Both the position numbers and the translations under genes were made by a program. A stretch of DNA of 63,317 bases, filler included, from Folioceros fuciformis (lineage: Eukaryota), in NCBI GenBank assembly GCA_049999805.1. It is 6 parts of 6 records of this genome, joined end to end, with 100 filler letters (N's around TTAATTAATTAA, not from the genome) between each part and the next. Parts side by side here need not be neighbours in the genome. Positions count along the whole stretch, not along the records: positions 36,369 to 54,457 come from JBNGIO010003073.1; 5 more parts are not named here. One strand, given 5' to 3'. The notes beneath the pieces are model-generated. The model ran no database searches. It was not told where the DNA came from and saw only the letters and a program-made list of their open reading frames with translations. The number at the start of each line of letters is the position of its first letter. Position 1 is the stretch's first letter. This document shows, piece by piece, positions 38,630 to 52,090 of the stretch.

Positions 38630-38865
38630 TGGTGAGCGTATGGGTGATGGTGAGCGTACGGCAGTGGTGATATAGCGATGGTGAGCATAGGGCAGTGGTG
38701 GTACGGCGATGGTGAGCGTAGGGCAATGGTGAGCGTAGGGCAGTGGTGATGGAGAGTAGGGCGGTGGTGATGGACGTGGAGCGTAGGGTGGTAATATGGC
38801 ATAAGTGTGATGGAGAGTAGGGCGGTGGTGATGAATGTGGAGCGTAGGGTGGTGGTATGGCATAG
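38630..38865. repeat. Degenerate G-rich tandem repeats (ggtgagcgtagggcagtggtgat-like)
   Basis: About ten recurrences of gagcgtaggg and gtggtgatgg words. Confidence 0.85.
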
Positions 38866-39059
38866 GTGTGTGTGCAACTTTGCTATGCCATTGTGCGGCT
38901 ATTGGCCTACGGTTTCTAAGAGGTGCTCTTTGGGGAAAGAGTTTGGACGATGAAAAGTGATGTAGGGCAAGGCCATGTTCATTAGGGCTTTGGTTGTGTG
39001 TTTGTGTCCAGGTGAGGAAGGTACCGAAAACTGGTATACCGATATGGTGGAGCAAGCAA

Positions 39060-39525
39060 GTAAGGTTTAGGGTTTAGCGGTAGGGCAAAGCGGAATGAGT
39101 TTGGTGTTTCGTATAATGGCATAGCAGAATGAGATTAGGGTTTAGTGGCATGGTAGAGCAACAAGCTTTACAGTTTACAAGCATGGCAGCAGCAGAATGG
39201 ATTTAGGGCATGGCGGGGGAGAATGGATGTAGGGTTTAGGGGCATTGCGGAGAAAAATAGGTTTAGGGTTTAGCGACATGATGCAGCAGAATAGGTTTAG
39301 GGTTTAGCCACATAGCAAAGTGGAGTGGGTTTAGGGTGTAGTGACAAGGTGGAGAAAAATGGATTAGAATTTTTATCAGCATTATGGAGCAAAAATGGGT
39401 TTAGGGTTTAGTGACATGGCAGAGCTGAACAGGTTTAGGGTTTAGTGACACGATGGAGAAAAGTGGGTTTAGGGGTTTGTAAACATTGTGGAGCAAAATG
39501 GGTCTAGGGTTGAGCGGCTCAGAGT
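39060..39525. repeat. Minisatellite of about 34-bp period, each unit carrying plant-telomere-like GGGTTTAGGGTTTAG
   Basis: About 12 diverged units of the type aatgggtttagggtttagtgacatggnggagcag, for example near 39260, 39294, 39328, 39397, 39432 and 39465. Confidence 0.88.
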
Positions 39526-39623
39526 GGAGCTTATGGAGGGCATTATAGGGTTATGGGTTACAATGAGGAGTACAATTTTTTGGTTTTGATCATTTTACAA
39601 GACTTTCTACATGCCTCCATCAC

Positions 39624-42600
39624 ATGGCGCGTGACACCCAGCCTTTACTTGTCAAGTACACCCCTTGCCCAGTGTGTTCTCAACTTTGCTCCGGGGTCAA
39701 GGGGGTGAAATGCCATATTGGTCACAAGCATAAGGACTTCGATAGGACCACTTGGGTGGCACAAGTGCGACTTGCTTCTTCCTGCGAACTAGGTGCTAAT
39801 CCTCTTCTAACAAATCCTCTGGGGCCGTCCCCGGAGGCTTGGTTGTGGCTTCGAGGGCAATCTGATCACTTGTTGGCTCTATTCCATGCTTGTTTTCCAT
39901 ATCCTCGCCTCTTTCGACGTCTCCCTAGGCACCTACATGATGATATTCACCTTGCTTATCGTCTTCCCTTGGATCGCCTTGCTTGGGACCTGAGGGATGA
40001 GGGTGCTTGGATTTTGTTCCTTTTCCTGCCTAGATGGTGCCTTCGGCGCTCTAGGGGTGGTTCGTCAGGTCATAGGGAGGTGGCCTCTCGACTTTGCCGT
40101 TTTCGATCTGGAGATTGGCAAGCTCTTTAGGAGGAGGATTTACTCGCAGCAAAATCTCGATTGGAGTCCGCTAAGGTTGACAAGGTGTGCCATGACCCAT
40201 TTAAAGCGCGTCTCAAGCGGTGTCTCATGTTGGGCAAGGATGGTAAATATGCTCGGGCTGCTAGAGCATTGCGCCCAGAGCCGGCTGCATTTGCAACTGA
40301 GGACACCATTGCTGCACTTCGTGCCCTTCATCTTGAACCTCATGACACTATATTGCAAGATCTTCTTGACCACACGGTCGAGGAGCCTTTTTGCTTGGAT
40401 AGGGTTGGTTTTGGACATGCACTCTCTTCTGCGCAGGGGGTTTGTCTGGCACAGTTTATGACCATTTTCAAGATTATTTTTCTTCTGAAGATCCCTCAAG
40501 TGTTTTTTCGGAGCTTTATACACTAGCAGTTGCTGTGGCCAGGGGCAAAGTTCCCAATCGAATATCTCAAGTTTTGGCGGCTAGTAGGCTACTTGCATTG
40601 GAAAAGCCCACCTCAGGAGTGCGCCCTATTGCTGTGGGGGAGGTATTTTTGCACCTTATCAGCTGAAGTATCGCAATTCAACTTCAGGAGTACTTCCAAG
40701 CGCATCTTGCACCGCACCAATTTGGGATTGCTACCCTAGGTGGGTGTGAATTTGCCGCTTTCGGCATCCAGGCTACCCTTGAGTTACATCCTCATTGGGT
40801 AGCTTTGTAGGTTGATATTGAGAATGCTTTCAACACTGTCTCTAGGGTCGCCATCTTCTCGGAGCTCAAGAGTGCAGGAGGTCAATTGGCAAGTCTTATC
40901 CCTTTTGTTCGCTCCTTCTATGGCTCGCCATTCAAGCTCTACTACCAACACGGCCCGACTATTGAGGAGGTCTCAATATTTGATTCAGCAACAGGCACAA
41001 GGCAAGGGGATCCGCTAGGGGGTGCTCTTTTCGCAATTGCGCATTTTCGTGCCTTGTCCTCTACTGCCTTAGCATTTCGGGAATGCCTTTTCCGTTCCGT
41101 GGCCGATGACATTCATATTCTTGTGCAAGGAGTCACAGTCAAAGCAGCATTTGATTTTTTCTCATCAGAGCTCTCCAAGGTGGGGTTGCGGGTCAAGCTA
41201 TCTAAATGCAGGGTTTGGTCCCCTTCAGGCATCACTCCCCCCCTTCAATATTTAGGGGGGATATCACCCCCTCGCAGGGACTTCGAGTCTTGGGTGTACC
41301 TATAGGACCTCTTGATTTTGTTCATAGGTTTGTGGATGAAGCATTGGATGAAGATTTGGCTCATATCATGGACCTCTCACAAATCGGTGATCCTCATATT
41401 GCGTTTGGTATCCTTTCTTCTTATTTTGCACGGCGACCAAGTTACCTCACTAGAACTGTTGCGCCTTCTCCATTTTTCTTATCAAGTCTCAGGACGTTTG
41501 ACAATCAAGTTATGCAGGCTCTTGGGAACATCATAGGTCCGGGCACCCTCGAGTGTGATATTGGTGATTTGGCTTGGAAGCAGGCTTCTTTGCCAATGGC
41601 CTTTGGAGGGGTTGGTCTTTTGGCCATGGAGGCGTCTGCCCCCGCTGCCTTTCTCGGCAGCTGGGCCCTCTCAACTCCAATTTTGGCCTCTCGTTTTTTG
41701 CTACAAGATTCCCCTGTTCTTGAAAGTTTTGTTTCAAGTGTTGAGGAGGGCGTTTTCCCTTTACAGGTATCTCTTAGGCAAGTGAGGGATTCTCTACCTT
41801 TGGAGGCTCTTGAGGCTCTACCTCCTTTCACCTCCTTTTCTAGGGAAGGGTTGAAGGGTCTCCAAGCCTCTCTCCTAGAAAAGCAATATGGCCAAGCATT
41901 AAGAGCCCTTCTTTCAGACTGATCCATCCCTAGGTCTTCTCGAGCTCGTATTCGATTTTGTTCAGGTAAAGGAGTGGGCTCTTGGCTTTTAGCTCGACTT
42001 TGTATCCACGCGTTTCGAATCGCACTAGCAACTTTCGCCACCGCGATGAGATTTTGCTTAGGTTTGGCCCACCCCTTGGCTTTTTCTCTCTCTACATGTA
42101 GTTATGGGGTTGCCATTGTCGATACAGGGTCCCATTTGGCACGTTGTCCTGTTGGGAGACATCGCATTGCCACTCCTGATGCAGTTCAAGATGTCGTGTT
42201 CTCAATAGCTAGGGAATGTGGGTTTCTTCCGTATATGGAGCGTCCATATACTTTGCGCAATGAGGTTTCTCATAAAGCCGACCTTTTCTTCAATAGGGGA
42301 GAACAGGTTTGTGTTGCTGATGTGGTTGTTACAGATCCCACTAGGGATTCGATTTGTAAGCTCGTCATCATCAACCCCCCTGGTTGGGCAGCAGAGGGTT
42401 GTGCAAGTGCCAAAGTCCATAAGTATTCTCCCTTGCAAGATGGGCATACTTTCATCCCCCTTGCTCTTGAGACTCATAGAGCTATGGGCAAGGACTTTTC
42501 AAGGTATGTCAAGGAGTGCGCCAAGGTTTATCAGAGCAATAGGAATGATGTTCTGCCTCTTTCCTCTATGGTGGCCTTCTTTCGACAACGTGTATCCATT

Positions 42601-42672
42601 GCTTTGCAACGAGCATTGGCCAATGTAGTTTTTAGAATAGAGCAGGGCAAGCAGCTTCTTCGGCATCGGTAG
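39624..42672 (+). mobile_element. CRE-type non-LTR retrotransposon (C2H2 zinc finger, RT, zinc knuckle, restriction-like endonuclease), apparently full-length but inactivated
   Basis: CPVC..GVKCHIGHKH; LLALEKPTSGVRPIAVGE; VDIENAFN; GTRQGDPLG; VADD; GLRVLGVPIG; ASLPMAFGGVGL; then C..GSHLARC, KADL..VADVVVTDP, AKVHKY and FIPLALET..FRQRVSIALQR. Two frameshifts and at least four stops. Confidence 0.9.
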
Positions 42673-42753
42673 TAGGTAGGCCTTTTGTTATTCCACATCA
42701 TGACATTTTGAGAGTAGTAAATAATTTTTGAAAATAATATTCGCACGTGAGAG

Positions 42754-42859
42754 AGTACCTCTTTTTGCTTTTGGCCCTAATTGGGTTGTTTCTCCAATCT
42801 TTGGAGTACCTCTTTTTGCTTTTGGCCCTAATTGGGTTGTTTCTCCAATCTTTGGAGTA
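42754..42859. repeat. Tandem duplication of about 52 bp
   Basis: gagtacctctttttgcttttggccctaattgggttgtttctccaatctttg occurs twice in tandem. Confidence 0.9.
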
Positions 42860-43582
42860 ATGGGACTTTCATAGAAATCATAGAAAATACTGTTACAAAC
42901 AAAATCAATCAATGTGCTTCTTCATGTTTAATATTATATTTTAATCTATACATGTAAACTAATTACAAAATATGCATGGCGCCACACCATAGAGAGAAGG
43001 GCGTTGTAAGGCTGTGTAGACTCACATTCTATTTGGCTAGAACTTCTGGTGCAGATTTACAGTGCATTATTTGGAATCAAATTGAATAATCATTGCCCAG
43101 GACTACTTTTGGCAACGCGAGGACCTGAGGAGGCGACCACTAAGTCCTTAAACATCCAAACTCCGACGACTACGGTTGTCTCAAGCAATCATGCTTCAGA
43201 AAAGATCTTCCGACCAGGAAGTTCCTGTGAGCGAGGTCTAACATTGGACCCGTGTAGTCTATCCTGCAACTATGTTTCAGAAGACGGCGTATGCGCCTAT
43301 TACAACCAAAACGCTACTTCATACGCAAACAACTTACATCCCAATTGGGACTTGTACACAGGCGCTAGGGGGGCCCTCTGAAACTCGAATCCAAATAGAA
43401 GGGTATCAAAATATGGCGTCGCTCCATACCTCGTACGTACAAGGGGGCCACATGCCGCGGCTTCCCATCATATTTGGCAAACGGGACAAGCTAAGAGAGA
43501 GATGATCATGGACAGGATCGGGGTAGATGCCACAGGGTCTAAAGAAACGTTGGGCACCCACCAGAAATAATTGTTGCACCAT

Positions 43583-46500
43583 TCAGAAGAGCTCCTCCGA
43601 ATTGAACTTGTTCCACGCCTCCTGTGATTTCAGATTGCATTTAGCAGGCACAACCTATGAGTGCAACTCTTTGACTAGGGCTCGTACACACATACCTTCA
43701 AAATGTCAAAAACTTTCTCCGCAATATATTTCTGCTGTACTGTTGCTCCTTTCTGCTGCACTTTGTCTGGGTGTACACACAGAGTTGCTTTCCTGTATGC
43801 CTTCTTCACAGCTATTGCACTGATGATGTCAGTCAGGGATATAGGCTGCCAACCACACTCAGGCCACAATACCTGACACAAAAGACACGGAGGGTCAGAG
43901 AACCAACAAACTTTTCCATCAGAACACCATGATCCCGCAGGACTAAGGGGTTAAAACTAGTTAACATTGGAAGCTTGGAGGCCATTACATATTGTAGAGT
44001 AGAAAGCAGTGCTCGCAGATTCCCTTCCTTCCCAGCAGCCCAGCGTCTTATTTCCGTGTCCAGCACTTCTCCAGCCCTCTGCAACAGGAAACCAAATAGC
44101 ATGATAAGATATCATGTACAGGTGAGATAATCTCTTGGAGTAATCTACACATGAAATGGCAAGGCACAAATAGTCTTACATGCTTCTCAGCTTGTTCCCA
44201 CTGCTGATCCAAATCTCGTTGATTTTTATCCGCAAGTGCCTTGGCCTGCAACAGGGAAAGGAGGAAGTGTTGTTCACCACTGGATCTATTACAAGTGATT
44301 AAGAATGCAAGGATCACCCGAAGCAGACAAAGGGCCATTGCACAGCCCAACAAGAGGGACATACCGCTCTCTCCAGAGTTCGCTGATGGCGCTCCCACCT
44401 TGCTTTTCGCCGGTCGGGAGTCTCTCCCTCAATTTCTTGGAATACATCCTGAGACGCAGGAGCTGTTCCCGACACAAATCTCAGCAGACAGCAATTTGTA
44501 GCCTCCGTCCAAACCCCCAGATGAGACCTGACCTCATCCTTGCCAGTTATTGGTTTATTCAAAGCCACCTACACCAAGGAGGAACTCACCAAAAAGGGAT
44601 GTCCAGTCATCAGCAATATTTGTTGACGACGAAACTTTTCGCACAGGAGGCATTGAAGAAGGCCCCCTCCTTTCAGTGCTAAAAGTTTGACTTGATCGAG
44701 TGTCAGCTGCATGATCCTGCAAAAAGACCCAAATAGATAACAGTTGATTAAAAGGTACCTAAATAAATTCCCAACCCGATTGCCTGCCACATATTCCCTC
44801 ATACCGAATTCTGTGGCCTCTGCCGTGGCTCACTGTTTGCTCGATTACCAAACAGTTTATCCCAGTCAGTTTCGTTCTTGCGTTGCTGGTCCCTAGCTCT
44901 CTCAGCAGCATTTCGCTCTGCCTTCTCACGAGCTTCAGCAGCAGCGCTTTCAGCTCTAGCTCTAGACTCAGCAGCGGCCCTTCTGGCCTCAGCAGCTGCT
45001 CTTTCTCGCGCTTCAGCTGTTGCTCGTTCAACTGCAGCCCTCTCCACTCTCTCTCTTGCCTCATTGGCAGCTCTTTCCCGAGCTTCAGCTGCAACCCTCT
45101 CAAAAGCAGCTCTTTCAGCCCTTTCCTTTGCTTCAACCGCTGCTCTTTCCCGAGCTTCTGCCGCAGCCCTCTCTACAGCTGCTCTTTCTGCAGCCCTGTC
45201 CTTCTCACGCTCTCTCTCTCTTTCCCTCAAGCGCTCTCTCCTTTGCCTCTCCCTTTCCCTCTCCTCCCTGGCTTCCCTCTCTCTCTCTTCCCTCTCCCTT
45301 GTCTCTCTCAGTTTCTGCTCTTTTGTTTCTCTCTCCTCTCTCTCTCTTGCAATGGCCCTTGCTATCATTGCCTCTCTTTGCTTCTCTTCCCTGTCTTTCT
45401 CTCTTGCTTCTTTAGCTAGTCGGAACTTTACATCTCCTCTCTCTGACGGATCTTTCACTGGCGGAGACCCAGCACCTTCACGATCACCTTGCCCTTCCTC
45501 CCATTGAAGATTGGGGGCTCCAGATCTATGTAAAACTCCAGCCACAAACTCCTCTAGCCCGTCTATACCCCTTGCAGCAGCTTCCTTCATTACATCCTCG
45601 GCAGCACCTGGTGCCCAAGGAGGAGAGGCAGCCTGCTGGCGCACTTGCACAGGAGGAGCCTGCCATGAAGACTCGCTATTGAACTCCGCCCCGTTGTTCT
45701 CGAACACATCTTCAAACAAAAATGCCTCCTTCTCATTTCTAGGTTGTGGTGCTCGCCGGGACGGTGGGGGCACCGTCGAGGGTGCTGTCACGAGCTTGAC
45801 TTCCTCCACAGTCAACCAAGTTTCATCAGAAACCGGTTCCACCCTCTCTCTCTCCGATGGCATTGGGGGGGGACTTGCAGATGCCCCAGAAAAGGGAAAT
45901 CCAGACTCATCCTTTACACTGGAGTTTGTAGTTGAGCTCCCTATTTCCTTTTGACGGTCCTTCACTGGACGTGATGTCCTCGGGAGATGAGAAGCTTCAA
46001 TTGGCTCAGTATCAGATATTGAAGTAGATTCCACACTTGATCCAAATAAAGGAAACCCTGGTCCTTCACGCAAACCGGCTTCTGTGGCTGAGTCTCCAGG
46101 ATCCTTCCGCCAGACGTTCTTTCCAGGGCGTGCTGATTTTGAGAAATATGCAGGTTCCACGGTCTCTGGCTCTGGAAACACCGGTGAAGTGTCACCCCCT
46201 GAATCAAACAGAGGAAATCCTGATCCATCCTTAAGGCTGGAATCAGATGCCAGCCCTGCATTATCTTTCCGTCGCCCTTCCTTTATGGAGCGTGATGAAG
46301 GTGGAAAATAGGAATCATAGGATGGAGTAAATCCATCTATGACATCAGCCTCAGTACTTGAACCTGCACCATCAGTAGCAGTCTCTGACTGACCCCCCAA
46401 AATGTCACTCCCCAGCGGCACAGAGGCGGAAGTTTGCTGCATGATGGAGATAATGGGGTCCACAAACCCAGTAGACACTTCAGCAGGACCAGTAGAGGAG

Positions 46501-47846
46501 ATGGAGGGTTGTGGTTCAGCATTTTGCGAGGGCTTCGAGTCTGTAGACCAACTGCACAGGTCAGCCACAAATAATGAGATCCAGAACAAGCGCAGTTCCA
46601 TCCTATGGTTTGCCTCAGATTCCTATCATTTCTCAGGAAGATCATGGAACAACGCTGCTCTCTGCACACTACCAAACAACTGTCCACAAACAAGCAACAC
46701 GTTCAGGACAACCAAACAATGAGACCAGGCACCAGCTGCAGTTTGAAACATCTGGAGTTACAATCCTGGCAGTCAGTCCTTGGAACAAAATAGACTTAAC
46801 AACACAGACCGGTACAGTGAAGTACACTGATGGGACCTAACAGCAGGACAGGTCTCGTCAAACCTGGCTCAGAGATCCGAAGAAATTGGAATTCAAAACC
46901 CCAAGATCAACAGTATCGGATTAGAATTTGAAGCTGACAGGCTAGTTCAGCAACAACGAATGGAATATCAAATTAAAATCGAATCCGAAAGCGTCAGGTC
47001 TGACTACGGCAGCTAAGCCAAATGGACTGGAGACGAGCAACATATCCACACAGAAGGCATACGTGAAGGACAGGCCCGCGGTGACAAAGGGAGGAGGACA
47101 TACCGCAGCTTCGAGGACTCCACGGAGCTCATCCCTGACAGTAGATCGTCAAAACCCCTATCAGCCTCCGACGGAGCAGAAGAACGAGCGGGAACCGATC
47201 TGCCGGACACAGGTGCAGGTTTGGGCTTGCGGTCCGTTGCCGTCGAGTATCCTCCTAGCAAATCCTCGAACTGCGAGTGGGAAACAGCTGCCGAGTCTCC
47301 ACCACCTCCACTTCCAGTTCCAGTTCCGCTAAACAAATCATCGAACACTGCAGAAGTACTTCTGGTGCCAGGCACTCCTCTGAAGATGTCATCATCATCG
47401 TACACAGGAGTATCGAAAACAGGCAAATTGACGCTTTTGGACATGCCGGACTGCGCCTTGGAAGACACCCTAAAGATGTCATCAGGACCGGGATACTTGG
47501 GAGATGAGTACTTAGGAGGTCCCCCAAACACATCATCGTAATCGTTGCTCGACCCGAGCCCAAACGGATCGTCAAGATTGGTGCGAGGAGGAGCTCTGAC
47601 GTTGCCATTACTCCCGGCCCCAAACATTTTCTCACCAAAATCATCCACATTAGGCTCCAGCACGGATCCCTTCCCACTGCCTCCATTCCTGCTGGTTCTA
47701 GCCGCGGAACCCTCCCTCCAGCTGCTGCTCCCGCCGTTCTCCCCCCCGATCCCCAGGCCCAGGCCCCTGGAGCCCGCCATCGGGGCCGACTTCCCCTGCG
47801 GCTTCAATCCATAGTCCCGCTGCAATATGTTGGCGAAATCCTCCAT
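43583..47846 (-). CDS. Auxilin-like J-domain protein, multi-exon
   Basis: N-terminus [15 protein letters not shown], a long E/R/A coiled coil, then [70 protein letters not shown]. Confidence 0.94.
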
Positions 47847-49499
47847 GCTGTCCCTTCAGATCGGATCAGATCGAGCGCATCACCAGCTCCTCCAGAGCTC
47901 TGCTAAAACCTGCGCCGCCTCGCCTCCGCTCCTGACGGCTGTGTCCGGGAGGCCAAACCCCGGCGTCATCGCCAGGCCCCTGCCCTGGCCATGCCGATCG
48001 ACAGAAGCCAGATCCAGACGCAGCAGCAGCAGTACACAAATGTGGATGTCACAGATGCGAACGCATCAAGGAGAGCGCTGGTTGCGTGGTGACTGTGTGC
48101 GCGATCATCCCCCTCACACTCTCCGTGAGTTCAATCCGGCCAGTCCTGGCCGCTGTGCGAACGCGAACCAGGTTTGGGCCTTCCCACCTCTTTCCGCTAC
48201 CAGACAAAATCCCCACATGCTAATGTGTACCTATCTACATATATACTGCACCCCTACTATACGCCCACACAGGGAAGACGGGGTCGGGTCGACTCGTATC
48301 CCTCAGTCTACGATACCACGTGAATCGAGAAACGACCGTTGTTCACGAGGCTCGATAAAATCCTGGTGACTTCTCTTATTATTGGCACTAGTATGTTTTT
48401 TTTTTCTTTTTTGTAAAAACTTTTATGTCGTATTGCTTTCTAAGTATTTTACTTGACATGGCTTAATCTGGCCCAAAGGCAAGTTCAATTTGCATGGCAT
48501 CTTTTTTTTTAATATATGTAGAAAAACTATTATATTCATAAATATAAAATAGTCATGTTCTTACACAAAGTTGTTTTATTTTGTGGCTAAATTTCAACCT
48601 ATGTTGTGTTTGTGTTGTGGATTAATTATATTTTAATATATATAAATTATGTTGTGCATGACTTAGGAATATGAGGATGCATTACTTTCTGTCAATTGTT
48701 AGCCATAGTTAGTTAAAGCTTCATTAATGTATAAATACATGAAATAAAAAATAGGATTTTAAATAGGAAAAGGATCTTGAATTGTGAAGTGAAAGGGTCT
48801 ACTTCATGCTGAAGTGGCTTGAGCCACCTCCCTTTTGCTTATTAATCTTGTCCTGTAATTTGTATTTGCCAGAGTTTATTGCAAGGCGATGACGATTTGC
48901 TACTGTATGAAAATGTCATACAAAAGAGCTTGTTGTTGTACCAAAACCACAATGTCACACAAAGAAGACTAACTTCGTTTCTTCTTGCTGTAAGTAATGC
49001 CAAAGTTGCATTTGCAAGTGTCCTTTGCAAGGGGATGAAAGACCTATTGTTGAAAGAAAGCCACAATGCTAGAGAAGGGGAGACTAAGCCACACTGCCAA
49101 TGGAAAGGGAGACTAACTACCATGCCAAACAAAGGGAGATTAACATTGGTCTTTTTGCTGCAATGCACTCTAATGAGAATTTAGAAAGAAACCCACAATG
49201 CTAGACAAGGGGAGACTAACTCTTTTCCTTTTGTTGCAATGCACTTTGGCAAGAATTTGGAAAACATCTTGCTCTTGGCAATTTCAATGGCCTCATGTGT
49301 CTTAGTGGCAAAGTAATGAGGGTGTGTATAGCCTGCAAAAGCTTGGGATGGACTTGTGGATTTTGGCTTGCAAGAGGAACTTGCTCTTGCATTTTGGCTG
49401 GTGTAAGCCTCTGAGGATAACATCCTTGTAGATAAAGTATTGTGTGGCAGCATGATGAGAGAGCATTGCTAGTTTTGACTTGTGGAGAATTGGGAGTTG

Positions 49500-50404
49500 A
49501 CATTCAGGCTTGACCTCTCAGGTGGCTAACAATGGAGAGGGGCATTGTTAACAATTCCAAGTTGTTCTTTAATTTCCATACCTCCCGACGAAAGCCGATG
49601 GCCCCAAGATTGAAGTTGTCTAAACATTGATAACTAGAAGCACTCAAGCTCTATTGGTCCACCAAAAGCATCCCTCCCAAGGTCAGGACCATAGTGTGGT
49701 GTTTCTTCCAAGCTTGCTTACCTAATGTCGATAGGTGGGATGGTATGCTAGTGGCAGCAAGGGAATAGTCTTGCATGATGTGTACGTCCAGGGCTACTAA
49801 CAAAAGCCAACATATCTTCTTTCAATGCAACTATGCCCAAGCAATGTAGTGGGATATAGAGGTATGGTTGTCACGTAACACGCTGTTTAAGTGTCAATGG
49901 TGGGGGTGGTTGGGAGCTGTTGCTTATATGGCTTATGGTGCAACCAGACAGCAATAGTTTATGGTGGCAAGGATTTCTTGACTACTAACATTGTGCTTTG
50001 GCGAATTTGGGAGCACCTACTAAACACTACATAAGGAGGAAGGGCAAGGGTCCCTCACTGTTTCAAGTAGAAGAGATGGAGAGTGGTAGGGTTACCCCAA
50101 TCAAAGATTCCCATTGGAATCATGTTTGTCCTTGGAGAGCTGGTAGTTTGAGGGAAGCTATCTAACCCTCTTACATGCATATTATGGTTGTCAATACTTA
50201 GCCTCCATCAAATTATGGTTGTCAACACTTTGCCTCCATCAAGAGCTTAGTGACAATTAGATAGTCCCTCACAGGGGTGGTTGATTTGCTACAAAGTCCC
50301 CTTCCATAGTCCTTCCCCTTTCATAGTCCTTCTTGTATGACTTATGTAATCTCTTGTACAGCTCGAGGCTATCTTAATCCGATTTTTCACCAAAAAAAAA
50401 AAAA
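49500..50404 (+). mobile_element. Decayed L1-type LINE 3' end
   Basis: zf-RVT-like remnants LYWSTKSIPPKVRTIVW..LP and CMMC..SQHIFFQCNYAQAM* (Cys at 49772), ending in a 13-nt poly(A) at 50392-50404. Confidence 0.75.
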
Positions 50405-52090
50405 CCATATCATGTGGGGTGCCTTAAGGCCAGATTCACCATAGAAACCTAGTTTGCTTTGATCGGTCTCATGATAAACCCCCTCAGCCGGACATGGGAC
50501 GCTCCTCTAGGGCACCAAGCCATCCCTAATAAATTCTCCGTCTTGGCCGACGAAAAATAGGATCTACTCCTCATGATTTATAATATTATATATATATATA
50601 TATTAAATTTCGGAATGTCACTTTTTGGAAACTCAAAAATTTATTAAACTCGCCTTCGATTCCTGCTGACTGGAGATAGAGAGTTCGACACTTTGAGGGG
50701 AGTGAAATGAAGGAAGTTTCCAGAAGAACAAGACGTGAGTCCAGATGCTTGCCTGCCTGTAAGGAACCCTTGGTTTCACAGGCCTTCGAAGAGCTAAGAA
50801 CATGGGATGTGATCGTGTGCAATCAGGCCATCCTGCTCAATTGGCCATGGACAAGCGCTTCTTGCCTGAGGGATTGATATGGATGTCCAGCTTATGAGGC
50901 AGTTGCATGTTAGCACAGGTGTCAAGATTGGACGTGCATCTTGCAATTCGGCACATACATGCCAAACGGGAAAGCATCAACAAGCATGTTCAGTAGCCGT
51001 CCACATTCCATGATCTGCCTGCCTCCGGTAAGGTCCACCAGTAATTGCTCAGGGCTCGAGAGGGGCAAGCGAAGGGTACATGGTGACCCACAGTCAGGCC
51101 CTCTTGCTCCTTGTCTCCTAACAGAACAGGCGCTAATTGGTTGGAGCAAGCAGCTGCCCACACCTAGTAGTTAGGAGGGATGCTGCTGTGCGACACATCA
51201 TAGTACACGTTGCTGACAGATTCCGAGTTCGCACAAGCTTGAAGGACGGCTACATAGAGGAGCATTTGCCTTCTGCACACACCTGCGTTACGTTTCTCTT
51301 GGAACAGTTGTCTACCCTCGGTAGGCTTCCCTGCATGAAATGAGAGGAGCTTATGGGTTGCCATCCTGGTGAACACGTCTAATAGTATGGCCTCCTGTAG
51401 CCTGTCTCGACTTGCATGTATGCGGAAGATGGTTTCCCACGGATGTATTCGACTGGACCCCAGGTTTGAGAGTCAGTGAGATGATTGCATTGCAGCCTTG
51501 GCACTGTAAAGAACAGACGGTAAGAACGAGGAATAGATATTCTAGGGCTCCAACGGGCTCAGTAAGCTTCCCCTGCTGACATAGCGGGTTCGCCACTGTA
51601 GCTGTCACGGTGCTGGAGGAAAGAAGACACCGTATCCACTCATGCCCATCCAAAGAAACTTGCAGGCTGCTCATCCACCAACTGGCTTGAAACTGTTATT
51701 TACCCGGAGGACTTGCCAGCGGGCCTCCTCTGTGTGCTGATTTCCTCACAGTGTAGTGCTTGCCGGCCTGGTTGTTCGCCACATCACTGCTTCCCTAGGG
51801 GAGGTGGGCGAGAGCTCCTGGCCATCTGACGGGCACACACTCGGAGTATGAGACTCGTCATGTGGAATGGCTGCAGGAAAATTGCTGCTTCCACATGAAG
51901 ATTGGCGTCACCTCGTGCTGTTTCGAGGAGATGCTATTGCGCTTGCAGGACAGATATGACGTTCACTCTCACTGAAATTCTACCTTCGAGTCTGATGGGA
52001 CGTGGCTCGAAGGCGAGGAGAAAAAAATGCGTAAGCTGCAACCTGCTGAAGTATCTTCGAGCACGTTGGCGCCCCGACAAGGGAGCTGAC

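Noticed and set aside
38224-39055. His/Pro-rich minus-strand ORFs suggesting metal-binding proteins
   Set aside because: Simple translation of the G-rich tandem repeats.
39060-39525. True telomere or CRISPR array
   Set aside because: Only about two TTTAGGG units per 34-bp monomer at an internal position; intervening sequences resemble each other rather than being unique spacers, and there are no cas genes. The same applies to the other tandem arrays.
44878-45954. Ser/Leu/Ala-rich plus-strand ORFs
   Set aside because: Antisense shadows of the auxilin-like E/R/A coiled-coil exon.
50820-51700. Possible degenerate PPR-like fragments
   Set aside because: Resemblance too weak and no consistent reading frame.
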